A stretch of DNA of 64,000 nucleotides, taken from assembly GCA_963851055.1 (NCBI GenBank), contig CAWKMY010000005.1, positions 12,716 to 76,715 on the forward strand. The letters are read 5' to 3'. This stretch comes from an uncultured bacterium. Its GTDB lineage: Bacteria; Patescibacteriota; Minisyncoccia; Phycocordibacterales; PALSA-1337. The position numbers and the translations under genes are program-made. The notes beneath the pieces were generated by a model. It saw nothing but the letters and a program-made list of their open reading frames with translations. It searched no databases and was not told where the DNA came from. Each line of letters starts with the position of its first letter. Positions within the stretch are counted from its first letter, which is position 1. This document shows, piece after piece, positions 27,162 through 36,679 of the stretch.

Positions 27162-28502
27162 TTACCGTGCTGTCGTACTAGCCGCGCTCGAAGAAGTGCT
27201 AGTCGCGCTCGAGGAAATGCTGGCCGCCACCGGCACCAATTCCGCCTTGTTGTAAACCGCCCCCGCATTCCACAACAGCCAACTATCCAATCCTGCGTCA
27301 TATGTGGCTTGTTTTTGAGCATCAACCATGGCCGGCGTATAGACGGCACCCAGGTCGAAGGCTTGGAGCCATGGGCGAAGTTTGGAAGGCGGCTCCGGCG
27401 TACGAGTGTAAAGTTTCGGCGAAGTAGAAGCTATTAGTTCGTCACCGAGAGAAGCGATGCGAGTTGTAGTAGCCACGGCTTTAGCTACACCTTGATCCAT
27501 AGAATATTTCACTACCGCGTAAGGATGCTCGGCCGGTTTGGCATAGCCGATGAAGCCGTCGGCGAAATGCGAAGGATAGACCATTGGATCGACGAAATCG
27601 AAATATGGAAAAGCGTTCTCTATGATCTGACCTATGCCCATATCGTTATTCTCGCTGGTCGTCTGGCCAAAGAGATCGACGGAGATAGGAATGCCTAACG
27701 GAGACAAAGTGTCATGCAGATAAATGAAGAAATTCTTTATAGCCTCAGCCTTGGTAGTGCTGGCGGACTTGTCATACACCGCGGAGCCGACCGCGCCGTC
27801 AGACGGAAAACGCACATAGTCAAAGTTAATCTCATCGAAACCGACATTGTAAGCTTGCTCGGCTATGGTGGAGATATAGTCCCAGGCATCATGTGAGTCA
27901 GGATCCATCCAATAAGCCCCGCCTGCGTCTTTCCAGAGGGTGCCATCGGCATTCTTGACCGCCCATTCAGGGTGCTTGAGAACCGCATAAGGGTCTTCGA
28001 ACGACTGGACGCGACCTATGACGTATACGCCTTTTGCATGCAGAGCGGCTAAAAACTGTTCTATGTCAGGAATGCGATCTTGCGCTGAACCAACCGTGTC
28101 GATCAATTTATTATCAAATCTCGGATCATCGACTACATAACCTATGCGTCCGCTATAATCCTTTACATCTATGACTATAGAATTGAGCTCTGTCGAGCCG
28201 TCCAAGATGCTCCACATCTCTTTCTGAAAGGAAGGCGTGCCCGCGGCCCAGCTGGTGAAATAGATGGCTTTGACCGGATCAGGCGTCGGAATGTGGGTGA
28301 TGACGAAAAGCGGTTGAACTGGAGAGGTTGTTGTAGCCAGAGTCGTCGAGGCCAGAGAAGATACGGGAGAAGTGCTAGCTACATCAGCCAGGGCATTGAG
28401 ATTGGAATACGCTACTTTTCTAGCCGGAAGAATCCATACTATAAAAGCGGCGCACGCGACAAGGATGACGGCGGCGCCTATGAGTGTCGACGTACGATTC
28501 AT
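27162..28502 (-). CDS. putative glycoside hydrolase-like TIM-barrel protein (DUF4015-type) with an N-terminal membrane anchor
   Basis: 446 aa. The N-terminal hydrophobic span is LIGAAVILVACAAFIVWIL. VKAIYFTSWAAG..LNSIVIDVKDYSGRIGY and DEINFDYVRFPSDG are typical of this family, recalled from memory. Confidence 0.6.
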   Translation of the reverse strand: MNRTSTLIGAAVILVACAAFIVWILPARKVAYSNLNALADVASTSPVSSLASTTLATTTSPVQPLFVITHIPTPDPVKAIYFTSWAAGTPSFQKEMWSILDGSTELNSIVIDVKDYSGRIGYVVDDPRFDNKLIDTVGSAQDRIPDIEQFLAALHAKGVYVIGRVQSFEDPYAVLKHPEWAVKNADGTLWKDAGGAYWMDPDSHDAWDYISTIAEQAYNVGFDEINFDYVRFPSDGAVGSAVYDKSASTTKAEAIKNFFIYLHDTLSPLGIPISVDLFGQTTSENNDMGIGQIIENAFPYFDFVDPMVYPSHFADGFIGYAKPAEHPYAVVKYSMDQGVAKAVATTTRIASLGDELIASTSPKLYTRTPEPPSKLRPWLQAFDLGAVYTPAMVDAQKQATYDAGLDSWLLWNAGAVYNKAELVPVAASISSSATSTSSSAASTTAR

Positions 28503-28816
28503 TGCTTGATTTCGGGTGAAGGCGAGGAAAGTACGGACGATATTGATGGAGCAGGTGCAACATTTTTGGCGGACATTTCCGAAGAAGAATCAGACGGCGC
28601 CGTCGATGGAGAATGTTCCGTGTAAGGAGATCCTGGTTCAACGCTAGAACGAGCAGGCTGCATCAGATACGCGGTGGCAATGACGAGTATACCCAAGATG
28701 ATGTATGCGACGGTGTTAAATTCCGGCGGGAAACCCGAGAATAAAGCGACGATGATGATCACTACTCCCAATATCATGATGATTTGCCGTTTTGACATAG
28801 TATTGCGATTATACAC
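28499..28816 (-). CDS. small membrane protein
   Basis: 105 aa with two hydrophobic spans, IIMILGVVIIIVALFSGF and VAYIILGILVIATAYL. It overlaps the downstream gene start by 4 nt, an operon arrangement. Confidence 0.5.
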   Translation of the reverse strand: MYNRNTMSKRQIIMILGVVIIIVALFSGFPPEFNTVAYIILGILVIATAYLMQPARSSVEPGSPYTEHSPSTAPSDSSSEMSAKNVAPAPSISSVLSSPSPEIKQ

Positions 28817-28858
28817 TAAGGTGGTAGGATAGCGCTAGAAGACCAAAAGAAAAACATT

Positions 28859-29281
28859 ATGGACCACCACACACTAGTAGATCTGACATCTGCCGATTTG
28901 CAACCGTGGCGGTCCTCAAAGACTGCCGTTCGGCTTTATATCGGCAATAATTGGTATGCCGGCATCTTCAAGAGCTTCTTGATCAGTCAGGAGCCCAATT
29001 ACGTTTACCTTGATCCCTATGTGCATTTCAAGCACCATTCATCGACACCGGCCGATGAACCAGGGAAAAAACTTGTCAACGGCGGGGACAAGCCCGTCAC
29101 ATTCGCCGAGAATGGGCAACCATTCAGGATCGTCAATCCGCAGAAAGCCGTCTCGCGAGATGACGCCGCAGACACCATGATAATCAAGTTCGAAGGTGGC
29201 GTGATGATTTTGTCACACCGCATGGACGATCTCGTAGCTACAGAGCAATTGCTCGAAGATGCAAAGACGCTCTCAAGTTGA
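28859..29281 (+). CDS. hypothetical protein
   Basis: 140-aa ORF followed immediately by a hairpin terminator. Confidence 0.45.
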   Translation: MDHHTLVDLTSADLQPWRSSKTAVRLYIGNNWYAGIFKSFLISQEPNYVYLDPYVHFKHHSSTPADEPGKKLVNGGDKPVTFAENGQPFRIVNPQKAVSRDDAADTMIIKFEGGVMILSHRMDDLVATEQLLEDAKTLSS

Positions 29282-29312
29282 GCCGCGCTGACATTACAAG
29301 CGCGGCATTTTT
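29282..29312 (+). terminator. rho-independent terminator
   Basis: The stem gccgcgct (29282-29289) / agcgcggc (29299-29306) is followed by ATTTTT. Confidence 0.6.
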
Positions 29313-30010
29313 ATTCGCTCACGATAACGACGAATTCGCCTCTGACTTTATCCGAGTGAGATGTGAAATAAGCTTTGACTTCTTCGGCAGTGCCGGAGAC
29401 GACTTCCTCGAAGATCTTGGTCAGCTCACGGCAGATAGTGACGCGCTTTTTTTTCCTGCTTCAAATGCTTCTCAAGCGATTCCAGCGTCTTCATTATCCT
29501 ATGCGGCGATTCATAAAAAACCATCGTACGTTCTGAAGATGCTATTTCTTTGAAAAGGGTTTCTCTCCCCTTTTTGTGGGGCAAGAAGCCGAGAAATGTG
29601 AAATCAGCACAAGGAATTCCGGCTATTGAAAGAGCGGCCGTCAAGGCGGACGGACCTGGGACTGATTCTATTTTTATATCTCGCGCAGGTCTATCCTGCG
29701 CAAATGCCTCCCTGACCCGCTTCACCAATTCGCTTCCAGGATCGGAAATGCCCGGAGTGCCAGCATCAGAAACCAAAGCCAGATTTTTGCCTTCCCTCAA
29801 AAGCCCGATAATCTCGTCGACGCGGGATAATTTGCTATGCATATGATACGAAAGTGTCTTGGTTGAGATAGCATTTCTATCCAATAATCTCTTCGTCATT
29901 CTCGTATCTTCGCACAGAATGATGTCGACTGAAGCCAGTGTCTTCAAAGCCCGGAGAGTTATGTCTTCGAGATTTCCTATGGGCGTGCCGATGATATAGA
30001 GAGTAGCCAT
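29311..30010 (-). CDS. rsmI: 16S rRNA (cytidine1402-2'-O)-methyltransferase RsmI, read through a frameshift in an 8-nt homopolymer
   Basis: The N-terminus is MATLYIIGTPIGNLEDITLRALKTL..ILCEDTR. The track ORF stops at 29426. After the T8/A8 run at 29447-29454, the adjacent frame continues as VTICRELTKIFEEVVSGTAEEVKAYF..VRGEFVVIVSE* to 29311. Confidence 0.85.
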
Positions 30011-30083
30011 GGGACTACCTTATCATATTTTCTGGATTTTTAAATAAATTGTGATTTGGACAGATTTGTACTAGACTGGGCAT

Positions 30084-31301
30084 ATGCTTTCCGATAAGAA
30101 AATCATCTACGTGACCAGAGAAATAGAGCGCGCCTTGGGCATGGAACCAGGGGCCAATTACAAGATTGCGGCCGATAGAACACCCTACGCAGAGACCATA
30201 CAAAAGCAATACAGCGACCATGTGCTACTTATAGACAGTCCGCCGGAGAAACCTTTCGGCACAGGCGACTTGCTCAAAGATGAAAGAGTCAAGAAGCTGG
30301 TTTCCGATAATGGCGGAAATGTCCTCGTCTTCAAGAATACTCCACGCATAGAGCCTCTAGCCACCGCCAATGGCTGGACATTGCTCAATCCAAAAGCTGT
30401 GCTCGGCGAACAGGTTGAAAATAAATTGACCCAGATAGAATGGCTGGGAGACATAGGAAAAGAATATTTGCCAGAACATCGCCTACAGGTCACAAAATTC
30501 ATCCGCTGGAACGGCACTCCATTCGTCGTACAGTGGGGCCATAGTTATACCGGCAATGGAACCATGCTCATATCGTCTCAAGCCGACCTCACAGCTATCC
30601 AATCGAGATTCCCTGAACGCATGGCCAGAGTGAGCGCCTATATACGTGGACCGTCATTGACCGTCAATGCTGTAGTGGGGAGCGACAAGATACTCGTCTC
30701 GAGCATAAGCTACCAGATCACCGGGCTTGCCCCATTTACCGACCATCCTTTCACAACTATAGGCAATGACTGGGCCGTAGTGAAAAAAATACTATCGGTT
30801 GAAGATATCGAGACCATTGAATCGATCGCCCAAAAGATCGGCATCAAACTCAACGTTAACGGCTGGCGCGGCCTCTTCGGCGTCGACGTCATCAAAGACG
30901 AGAAGAGTGGCAAGATATATCTGGTAGAAGTGAATGCCCGCCAGACGGCATCAGTGCCTTTCGAATCATTCCTACAGAAAGAAGCCAGGCGCAATGGGGC
31001 AAAGGGACTAACCACTTTCGAAGCTCATCTAGGTGCACTTATCGGCGAGAAGATAGATGAGCTCATTCCCGTAAAAGATGGCGCCCAGATAGTCCAGCGC
31101 GTTACCAAGACGATAAATTCGCCGGCGGCGGAAACAGTGAAATCTCTGGAGCAAGCAGGTTATCAGGTCGTGGCTTACTCCAATTCAAAGGAGAACGAGG
31201 ATCTCATCCGCATTCAGAGCATGCAAGGCATAATGGAAAGTCATGAGAAGTTCAATGAAAAAGGAAGTGAGATATTCTCATTGTTAAGCCCAAAAAGATA
31301 G
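30084..31301 (+). CDS. ATP-grasp domain protein
   Basis: 405 aa. GWRGLFGVDVIKDEKSGKIYLVEVNARQTAS is an ATP-grasp C-terminal motif. Confidence 0.7.
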   Translation: MLSDKKIIYVTREIERALGMEPGANYKIAADRTPYAETIQKQYSDHVLLIDSPPEKPFGTGDLLKDERVKKLVSDNGGNVLVFKNTPRIEPLATANGWTLLNPKAVLGEQVENKLTQIEWLGDIGKEYLPEHRLQVTKFIRWNGTPFVVQWGHSYTGNGTMLISSQADLTAIQSRFPERMARVSAYIRGPSLTVNAVVGSDKILVSSISYQITGLAPFTDHPFTTIGNDWAVVKKILSVEDIETIESIAQKIGIKLNVNGWRGLFGVDVIKDEKSGKIYLVEVNARQTASVPFESFLQKEARRNGAKGLTTFEAHLGALIGEKIDELIPVKDGAQIVQRVTKTINSPAAETVKSLEQAGYQVVAYSNSKENEDLIRIQSMQGIMESHEKFNEKGSEIFSLLSPKR

Positions 31302-31313
31302 ATACATCCGGCT

Positions 31314-32135
31314 ATGAACACAAAGACACTCTCCAATCGTGCTCTATCAGTCATCGACCAATACCTACATTTCCGGGTTGGTCAGGCCATGTCTGATGTC
31401 AGCCTACTGACAAGCACGAGCAGGCAGGCGGTATGTTCGATCCCTTATTTCAATAACAAGACGGTCAAGGCCCGTGCGGCCTTGAGGGCAAATACGGGTA
31501 AAGGTAGTCCACAGGAGATATTGGAGGAAATCCAAGCCATCATCGTCAAAAATCATGTGGCTACAGATGCTCTCACAGACGAATCATTAAAGAAGTTCTT
31601 AACGGATAATAATATCGGAATTGATTGTTCGGGTTTCTCTTATTATATTCTGAATGCCGAAAGCGAGGATATAAATAAAGGTCCTCTGGATAAGCATATA
31701 TCGTTCGTCAATTGCCACGGCCTCGTCGGCAAGCTCCGCTGTTCCCTGCGACCAATAGAGAATTGCGATGTGGCCACGCTGGCTCATGATAAGAATAGCC
31801 GCACTATTTCATTAAAAGATGTCCAACCTGGAGATATGATAACAATGATCGGCGGCCCTGATAACAATGACCGCGACCATATATTAGTCATCCATCAAGT
31901 CGAGTACCAGAACTTCGTGCCGACCAAGATACATTATTCGCATGTCATGGCTTATCCTGAAGACGGCATATACGGCACCGGGGTGAAGCAGGGCGTCATA
32001 GAAATAATCAAACCCGAAGCAGGACTCCTGGATCAGAAATGGAACGAGAACGGAAAAGACGGCGCCAACAACAGAATCTTTATCAGAGCCCAAAAGTCAG
32101 AAACAGAAATCAGGAGATTGAAGTGGTTCGCCTGA
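31314..32135 (+). CDS. NlpC/P60-like cysteine peptidase/amidase-fold protein
   Basis: 273 aa. GIDCSGFSYYILN gives the catalytic Cys context, and DHILVIH is a candidate His. It starts 13 nt after the ATP-grasp gene. Confidence 0.5.
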   Translation: MNTKTLSNRALSVIDQYLHFRVGQAMSDVSLLTSTSRQAVCSIPYFNNKTVKARAALRANTGKGSPQEILEEIQAIIVKNHVATDALTDESLKKFLTDNNIGIDCSGFSYYILNAESEDINKGPLDKHISFVNCHGLVGKLRCSLRPIENCDVATLAHDKNSRTISLKDVQPGDMITMIGGPDNNDRDHILVIHQVEYQNFVPTKIHYSHVMAYPEDGIYGTGVKQGVIEIIKPEAGLLDQKWNENGKDGANNRIFIRAQKSETEIRRLKWFA

Positions 32136-32152
32136 AATGCTATCTTTGAGAG

Positions 32153-33280
32153 ATGATAAGCATATTGCAGGGCACAGCTGATTTGGCCTATATCATCGGT
32201 TTTTCGCTCGTAGGAGCTGTGGTGGCTTTCCTGTGGGCACCTTTTCTGAACCGGCTGTTGTACAAGTTCCACGTCATAAAAGGCCCGAAAACCGAGCTGA
32301 CCGCTCTAGGCTCCCACGCCTACAAATCAAAGACTCCCGTCATGGGAGGCCTTCTGGTCATCGTCACGGTCGCGGTAGTCACCTATCTATTCAATTGGTC
32401 ACGCCCTTTCACCTATGTACCCATAGGCGTGATGCTATTCTCCGCACTCTTGGGCGCCATCGACGACCTTATGAGCATATACGGCGCCGAGCGACGTTCC
32501 AGAAAACTGGGCCACGCCCTGACTCTCATACGCGTGCATAAGGAATGGACCATGCGGGCATGGTATGTCATCACTCTGCCATGGACCGCTTTCAAGCGCA
32601 TGTCCGTCTGGTTCGGCTCCAGGACTAGGCGCGGCGTCTTTGTCCACGAGAAGCTCATACTCCAGTTCATAGCCGGATCAGTCACGGCATGGTGGGTCTA
32701 TGAGAAGCTCGGTCCCGCTTGGCACTACATCTATTTCCCTTTCGGTTGGAATGTGGACTTGGGTTGGATGATCGTGCCTATCGTCATCCTTGTGGTCATG
32801 TTCACCGCCAATGCCGTGAACATTGCGGATGGCATGGATGGCTTGGCCGGAGGCATGCTCATAACCACTTTCGGCTTTTTGACTCTATTGAGCTGGATCA
32901 ACGGCTTCGGCGAGATCGCTATCCTGGACTCGACCACGGCCGGCGCGTTGGTAGCCTACACTTATTTCAATATCAAGCCGGCGCGTTTCATGATGGGCGA
33001 TGTGGGATCATTGGGCTTGGGAGCGTTATTGGCCGTGAACACTCTGGCCATAGGAGAGTTGAGTTCTTTGCCTTTCCTAGGATTTATGTTCTATATCGAA
33101 GCTTTTTCAGTGGTCATACAAGTGTGCTCGCGCTACCTTTTCGGACGCAAAGTCTTCGCCATGGCACCTCTCCATCATCATTTCGAGATAAAAGGCTGGA
33201 GCGAAGAGAAGACGGTCATGAGGTTCTGGGTCATCCATTTTATCTTCGTGGTCTTCGGGTTCTGGCTGGCATTGCATTAA
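32153..33280 (+). CDS. mraY: phospho-N-acetylmuramoyl-pentapeptide transferase
   Basis: 375 aa. Motifs: NAVNIADGMDGLAGG, MGDVGSLGLGA and APLHHHFEIKGW. Confidence 0.92.
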   Translation: MISILQGTADLAYIIGFSLVGAVVAFLWAPFLNRLLYKFHVIKGPKTELTALGSHAYKSKTPVMGGLLVIVTVAVVTYLFNWSRPFTYVPIGVMLFSALLGAIDDLMSIYGAERRSRKLGHALTLIRVHKEWTMRAWYVITLPWTAFKRMSVWFGSRTRRGVFVHEKLILQFIAGSVTAWWVYEKLGPAWHYIYFPFGWNVDLGWMIVPIVILVVMFTANAVNIADGMDGLAGGMLITTFGFLTLLSWINGFGEIAILDSTTAGALVAYTYFNIKPARFMMGDVGSLGLGALLAVNTLAIGELSSLPFLGFMFYIEAFSVVIQVCSRYLFGRKVFAMAPLHHHFEIKGWSEEKTVMRFWVIHFIFVVFGFWLALH

Positions 33281-33296
33281 GCATACCAATATACGA

Positions 33297-33998
33297 ATGA
33301 TGCAAATAAAACGAATGGATACAAATTACCTGCACTGGGATGAGAAAACTATAACGGACTTTTCGGAGAAGAATGTTGCCGATATGTATGAGCACGGCTA
33401 TGTATTCACGCGCATAGGTAAAGGTGTCATGCACCAAACGAGGAGTGTGAGGATAGATCTCTCGAAATTCGATTTGAGTAGCGAGAATAGGCGTGTGCTG
33501 AAGAAGGCCAATATTGGCATGATACCTATAAGCCTTCCATTGGATGATTATGATTTTTCTATCGGCAAAAACGGCAAAGATTTCTATGAAAAGAAGTTCG
33601 GCCCAGGGATCATGAGCGCTCAAAAGATAAAGGAGATGCTGACTGATACAACGAAGAGCAACTTCAATACAGTATTACGATACAGCGAATTGGTCGCTGG
33701 CGAGATCGTCGGCCATGTTATCTGCTATATGGACAAAAAGATCATGCATTATTCATATCCTTTCTATGATTTGAATGCTTCGAAAGATATGGGCCTAGGT
33801 ATGATGGCTACCGCTATAAATTTCGCCAAGGAACAAGGACTAGGATACATCTACCTCGGTTCCCTTCAAAGGCCGAGTGATACTTATAAGCTCCAATTCT
33901 CCGGGCTTGAATGGTTCGATGGTGGGCCAAATGGAAGCGGCAAATGGCAGACTGATACTGAATCCGTGAAGAAAATCCTAGCATCTGCTAGTATGTGA
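33297..33998 (+). CDS. ATE/Bpt-like (arginyl- or leucyl-tRNA protein transferase C-domain-like) GNAT-fold protein
   Basis: 233 aa. MHYSYPFYDLNASKDMGLGMMATAINFAKEQGLGYIYLGSLQRPSDTYKLQFSGLEWFDG follows the ATE_C pattern (Y.FYDP...SLG......A......Y.YLGY.....M.YK..F.P.E) as recalled from memory. Confidence 0.5.
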   Translation: MMQIKRMDTNYLHWDEKTITDFSEKNVADMYEHGYVFTRIGKGVMHQTRSVRIDLSKFDLSSENRRVLKKANIGMIPISLPLDDYDFSIGKNGKDFYEKKFGPGIMSAQKIKEMLTDTTKSNFNTVLRYSELVAGEIVGHVICYMDKKIMHYSYPFYDLNASKDMGLGMMATAINFAKEQGLGYIYLGSLQRPSDTYKLQFSGLEWFDGGPNGSGKWQTDTESVKKILASASM

Positions 33999-35489
33999 GA
34001 ATGAAATCGACACCGGTTCAATTACCCAAACACATCCACATCATAGGCATTTGTGGTGTAGCCACGAGCGCTCTGGCTATAGCTTTCCATGAGAAAGGAG
34101 TAAAGGTGACAGGCTCTGATAAAGGCTTCTTTCCACCTGTTTCAACCGAGCTAGAGAAGCGTGGCATAGATTTTTACGCAGGCTGGCATCCGGAGAAAAT
34201 GATCGGCGCAAACGGCGAAAAACCTGATTTCGTTATGATAGGCGGCACAGGCACAAGTCCGAATAATCCGGAGACAGTCTATGCCAATCGAAATAAAATA
34301 CCGGCGTATTCATATGCAGAGGTTTTGCAAAAATATTTCATAAAAAAGAATTCTGTAGTGGTTACAGGCACTTGGGGCAAGACAACTTCATCGGCTTTGC
34401 TCTCATTCATTTTAATGCAAACGGGAATGAAACCGAGCTACTTCACCGGCGGCCTTTCCCTATCACATCCTACAGGAGCTTTATCTGATTCCGATTGGAG
34501 TGTGGTGGAAGGCGATGAATACCAAGTTTCCATATCCGATAGGCGACCGAAATTTGTCTTCTATTCTCCGACTCACCTTCTACTGACGTCCGTCTCATGG
34601 GATCATGCCGATCTTTATCCGACAGAAAATGATTATTTTGCCACTTTTGAAAAGCTGGTAAGAGAGGTGCCAGAATCGGGATTGATCGTCGCTTGCATAG
34701 ATGATGGAGGGCGTAAATAAAGTATTACAATCAACAGGTCTCAAGATTGCGGAAAAATCAGTCGGGGGCGGAAAAACCAAGATTGTCACTTATGGAAAAG
34801 ATGATAAGGCTGACTATTGTTTCCACTCGATTACTTATACGAAAAAAGGTCTGCACTTCCAGTTAAGCAACCGCGATATTTGCTATGAAATAGTGTCACC
34901 GATGCTAGGCCGTTTCAATGTCGAAAATATCACCGGCGCCTTTGCCATGGCTCATTCTATCGGCATTCCTGCAGACAAGATTATTCAAGCCATCAAAGAC
35001 TTCAAAGGTATAAAGCGTCGCTTTGAAAAGCGTTTGGACGGAGATATGGCGAAAAGTGGAGTAACTGTACTCGACTGCCATGCCCCTACGCCAGAGAAAG
35101 CAGCTTCGGTACTGGCCAGTGTGCGAGAAGTCTATGACAAGAAGATTATCGCCGTATACGAGCCAAATATTGGCGGCCGTCAGCGTGAGACAGAATCGAA
35201 GTATGATAATGCTTTCAAGGATGCGGACATGGTCCTCATACCTCGTTTGACCAAACTAAAAGTGGCTAATGATCAAGGTCCAATGACCAATGATCAAATC
35301 AGACCGATGGAAGGTGAAGAGCTTTTCAAGACGATTTCCAAGACACATAAGGATTGCGCTTATTTACCTGAAGATGAGGTTGTGGTGAATTTCCTACTCT
35401 CTCAAGCGAAAAAAGGTGACTGTGTCGTCTTTCTCGGCTCGCATGGATTTAGAGGAATGATTGAAGAAGCTGTGAAAAAGTTGGCCTAA
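33995..35489 (+). CDS. Mur ligase family protein (Mpl/MurC-like), split by a frameshift at GGAGGG (34706-34711)
   Basis: The N-terminus is HIHIIGICGVATSALAIAFHEKGVKVTGSDKGFFPPVSTELEKRGI, and the P-loop-like motif is VTGTWGKTTSSAL. Track ORFs 33995..34720 and 34701..35489 join as ..IVACIDDGG|VNKVLQS.. if one G is removed. Confidence 0.85.
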
Positions 35490-35518
35490 ATTTAGAAATT
35501 AGGTAACTAGAAATTTTC

Positions 35519-35687
35519 TTACTTTCCCTCATCCACAATCTCCGTTTTGACTTCCCCATTATCTGCAATTTCCTTAACCGAAAGGGTCATACCGCAATGA
35601 TTGCACTCGACAATCATCCCAACAGCCAAATTCGGGTAGCGAGACAGGTCAACGTCATTTTTACATTCTGGACAAATTAAGTTTCAT
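35519..35687 (-). CDS. small zinc-ribbon protein (LysW-like fold; start frame disturbed by 1 nt)
   Basis: Below the track size cut-off. The frame reads NLICPECKNDVDLSRYPNLAVGMIVECNHCGMTLSVKEIADNGEVKTEIVDEGK*, with CxxC...CxxC. The ATG at 35687 is 1 nt out of frame across an AAA run. Confidence 0.45.
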
Positions 35688-35732
35688 GGTCTTTATATAA
35701 TAACTGAATTGTCGTATGATGACAATACTCCA

Positions 35733-36678
35733 ATGAAAGATTTGCCTGTAATAACTCCACTGGAGCACTATCCGGACCTTGCCGACGCTATCGGCGTGTC
35801 GGATTTGTACTTCAAGCGCGAAGACCTACACAAATACGGCTCTCATAAAGGCCGCTCGATCCCTGTTAATGATAGATAAATACTATGCCGATGGCGACCG
35901 CCACTTCGCCATTTCATCATCAGGAAACGCAGCTCTGGCCGCAGCTTTATACATAAAAGAATTAAACGCAAAAAATGCAGAGCCGGCCGAACTCGACATC
36001 TTCGTCGGCAATCATGTAGCGCCCCACAAACTTGAAAAGCTAAAGAAAATCGCTGACGATTCAAATACAGACGATTCTGCAAGTGAAAATCATATTCGCA
36101 TTCTAGTCAAAGAGCGCCCATTTCAAGCCCTAACCCAAGCCATAAATGAAGGCGTCCGCAGCCTACGTCAATCTACTGACGACACAGCCCTTATCGGCTA
36201 TGAATCACTGGCGGAAGAATTGGCCGCTGAAAAAAAACTTTCTAAAGGCGGCGCGATCTTTATCAGCACATCTTCTGGCACAACAGCTCAAGCATTAGCG
36301 GCCTACTTCTTGGAAAAAACAGGCGGCCCTAAAGGTGGAACATGCCCGCAGATCCACATCGTCCAGACCTCTTCATGCCATCCCCTATCTGACGCTTTCG
36401 GCATGTATGAAGGACCTGATGAAAAGTCAGATGCCGATGCCATCGTTGACATAACTGCTCAAAGAAAATCCGCCCTCATTCCTCTAATCGAAAAAACCGG
36501 CGGCCGAGGCTGGTTCGCTACGAATGAAAATATCGCTACCGCACAAGACCTAGTAAAAAAGCATACGGGACTGGACATTTCAACGAATAGCGCCCTTTCA
36601 ATAGTCGGGACCATGCAAGCGGCTTATGCTGGGCATGAGATAAAAGGCCCAGTCGTCTGTATGATTTGCGGCGACTAA
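35733..36678 (+). CDS. PLP-dependent enzyme of the tryptophan-synthase-beta/threonine-synthase-like fold, with a frameshift near 35861-35868
   Basis: The ATG at 35733 opens MKDLPVITPLEHYPDLADAIGVSDLYFKREDLHKYGSHKGRSIP. YGSHKGRS matches the PLP-lysine motif pattern TGSFKDRG. The sequence then continues in the track ORF frame as LMIDKYYADGDRHFAISSSGNAA. Confidence 0.65.
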
Positions 36679-36679
36679 A

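Noticed and set aside
35519-35687. Calling the zinc-ribbon mini-protein LysW, the amino-group carrier protein.
   Set aside because: It lacks the acidic C-terminal EDWGE-type tail with a terminal Glu. No LysX/LysZ/LysY-type neighbours are adjacent, so only the fold-level resemblance is retained.
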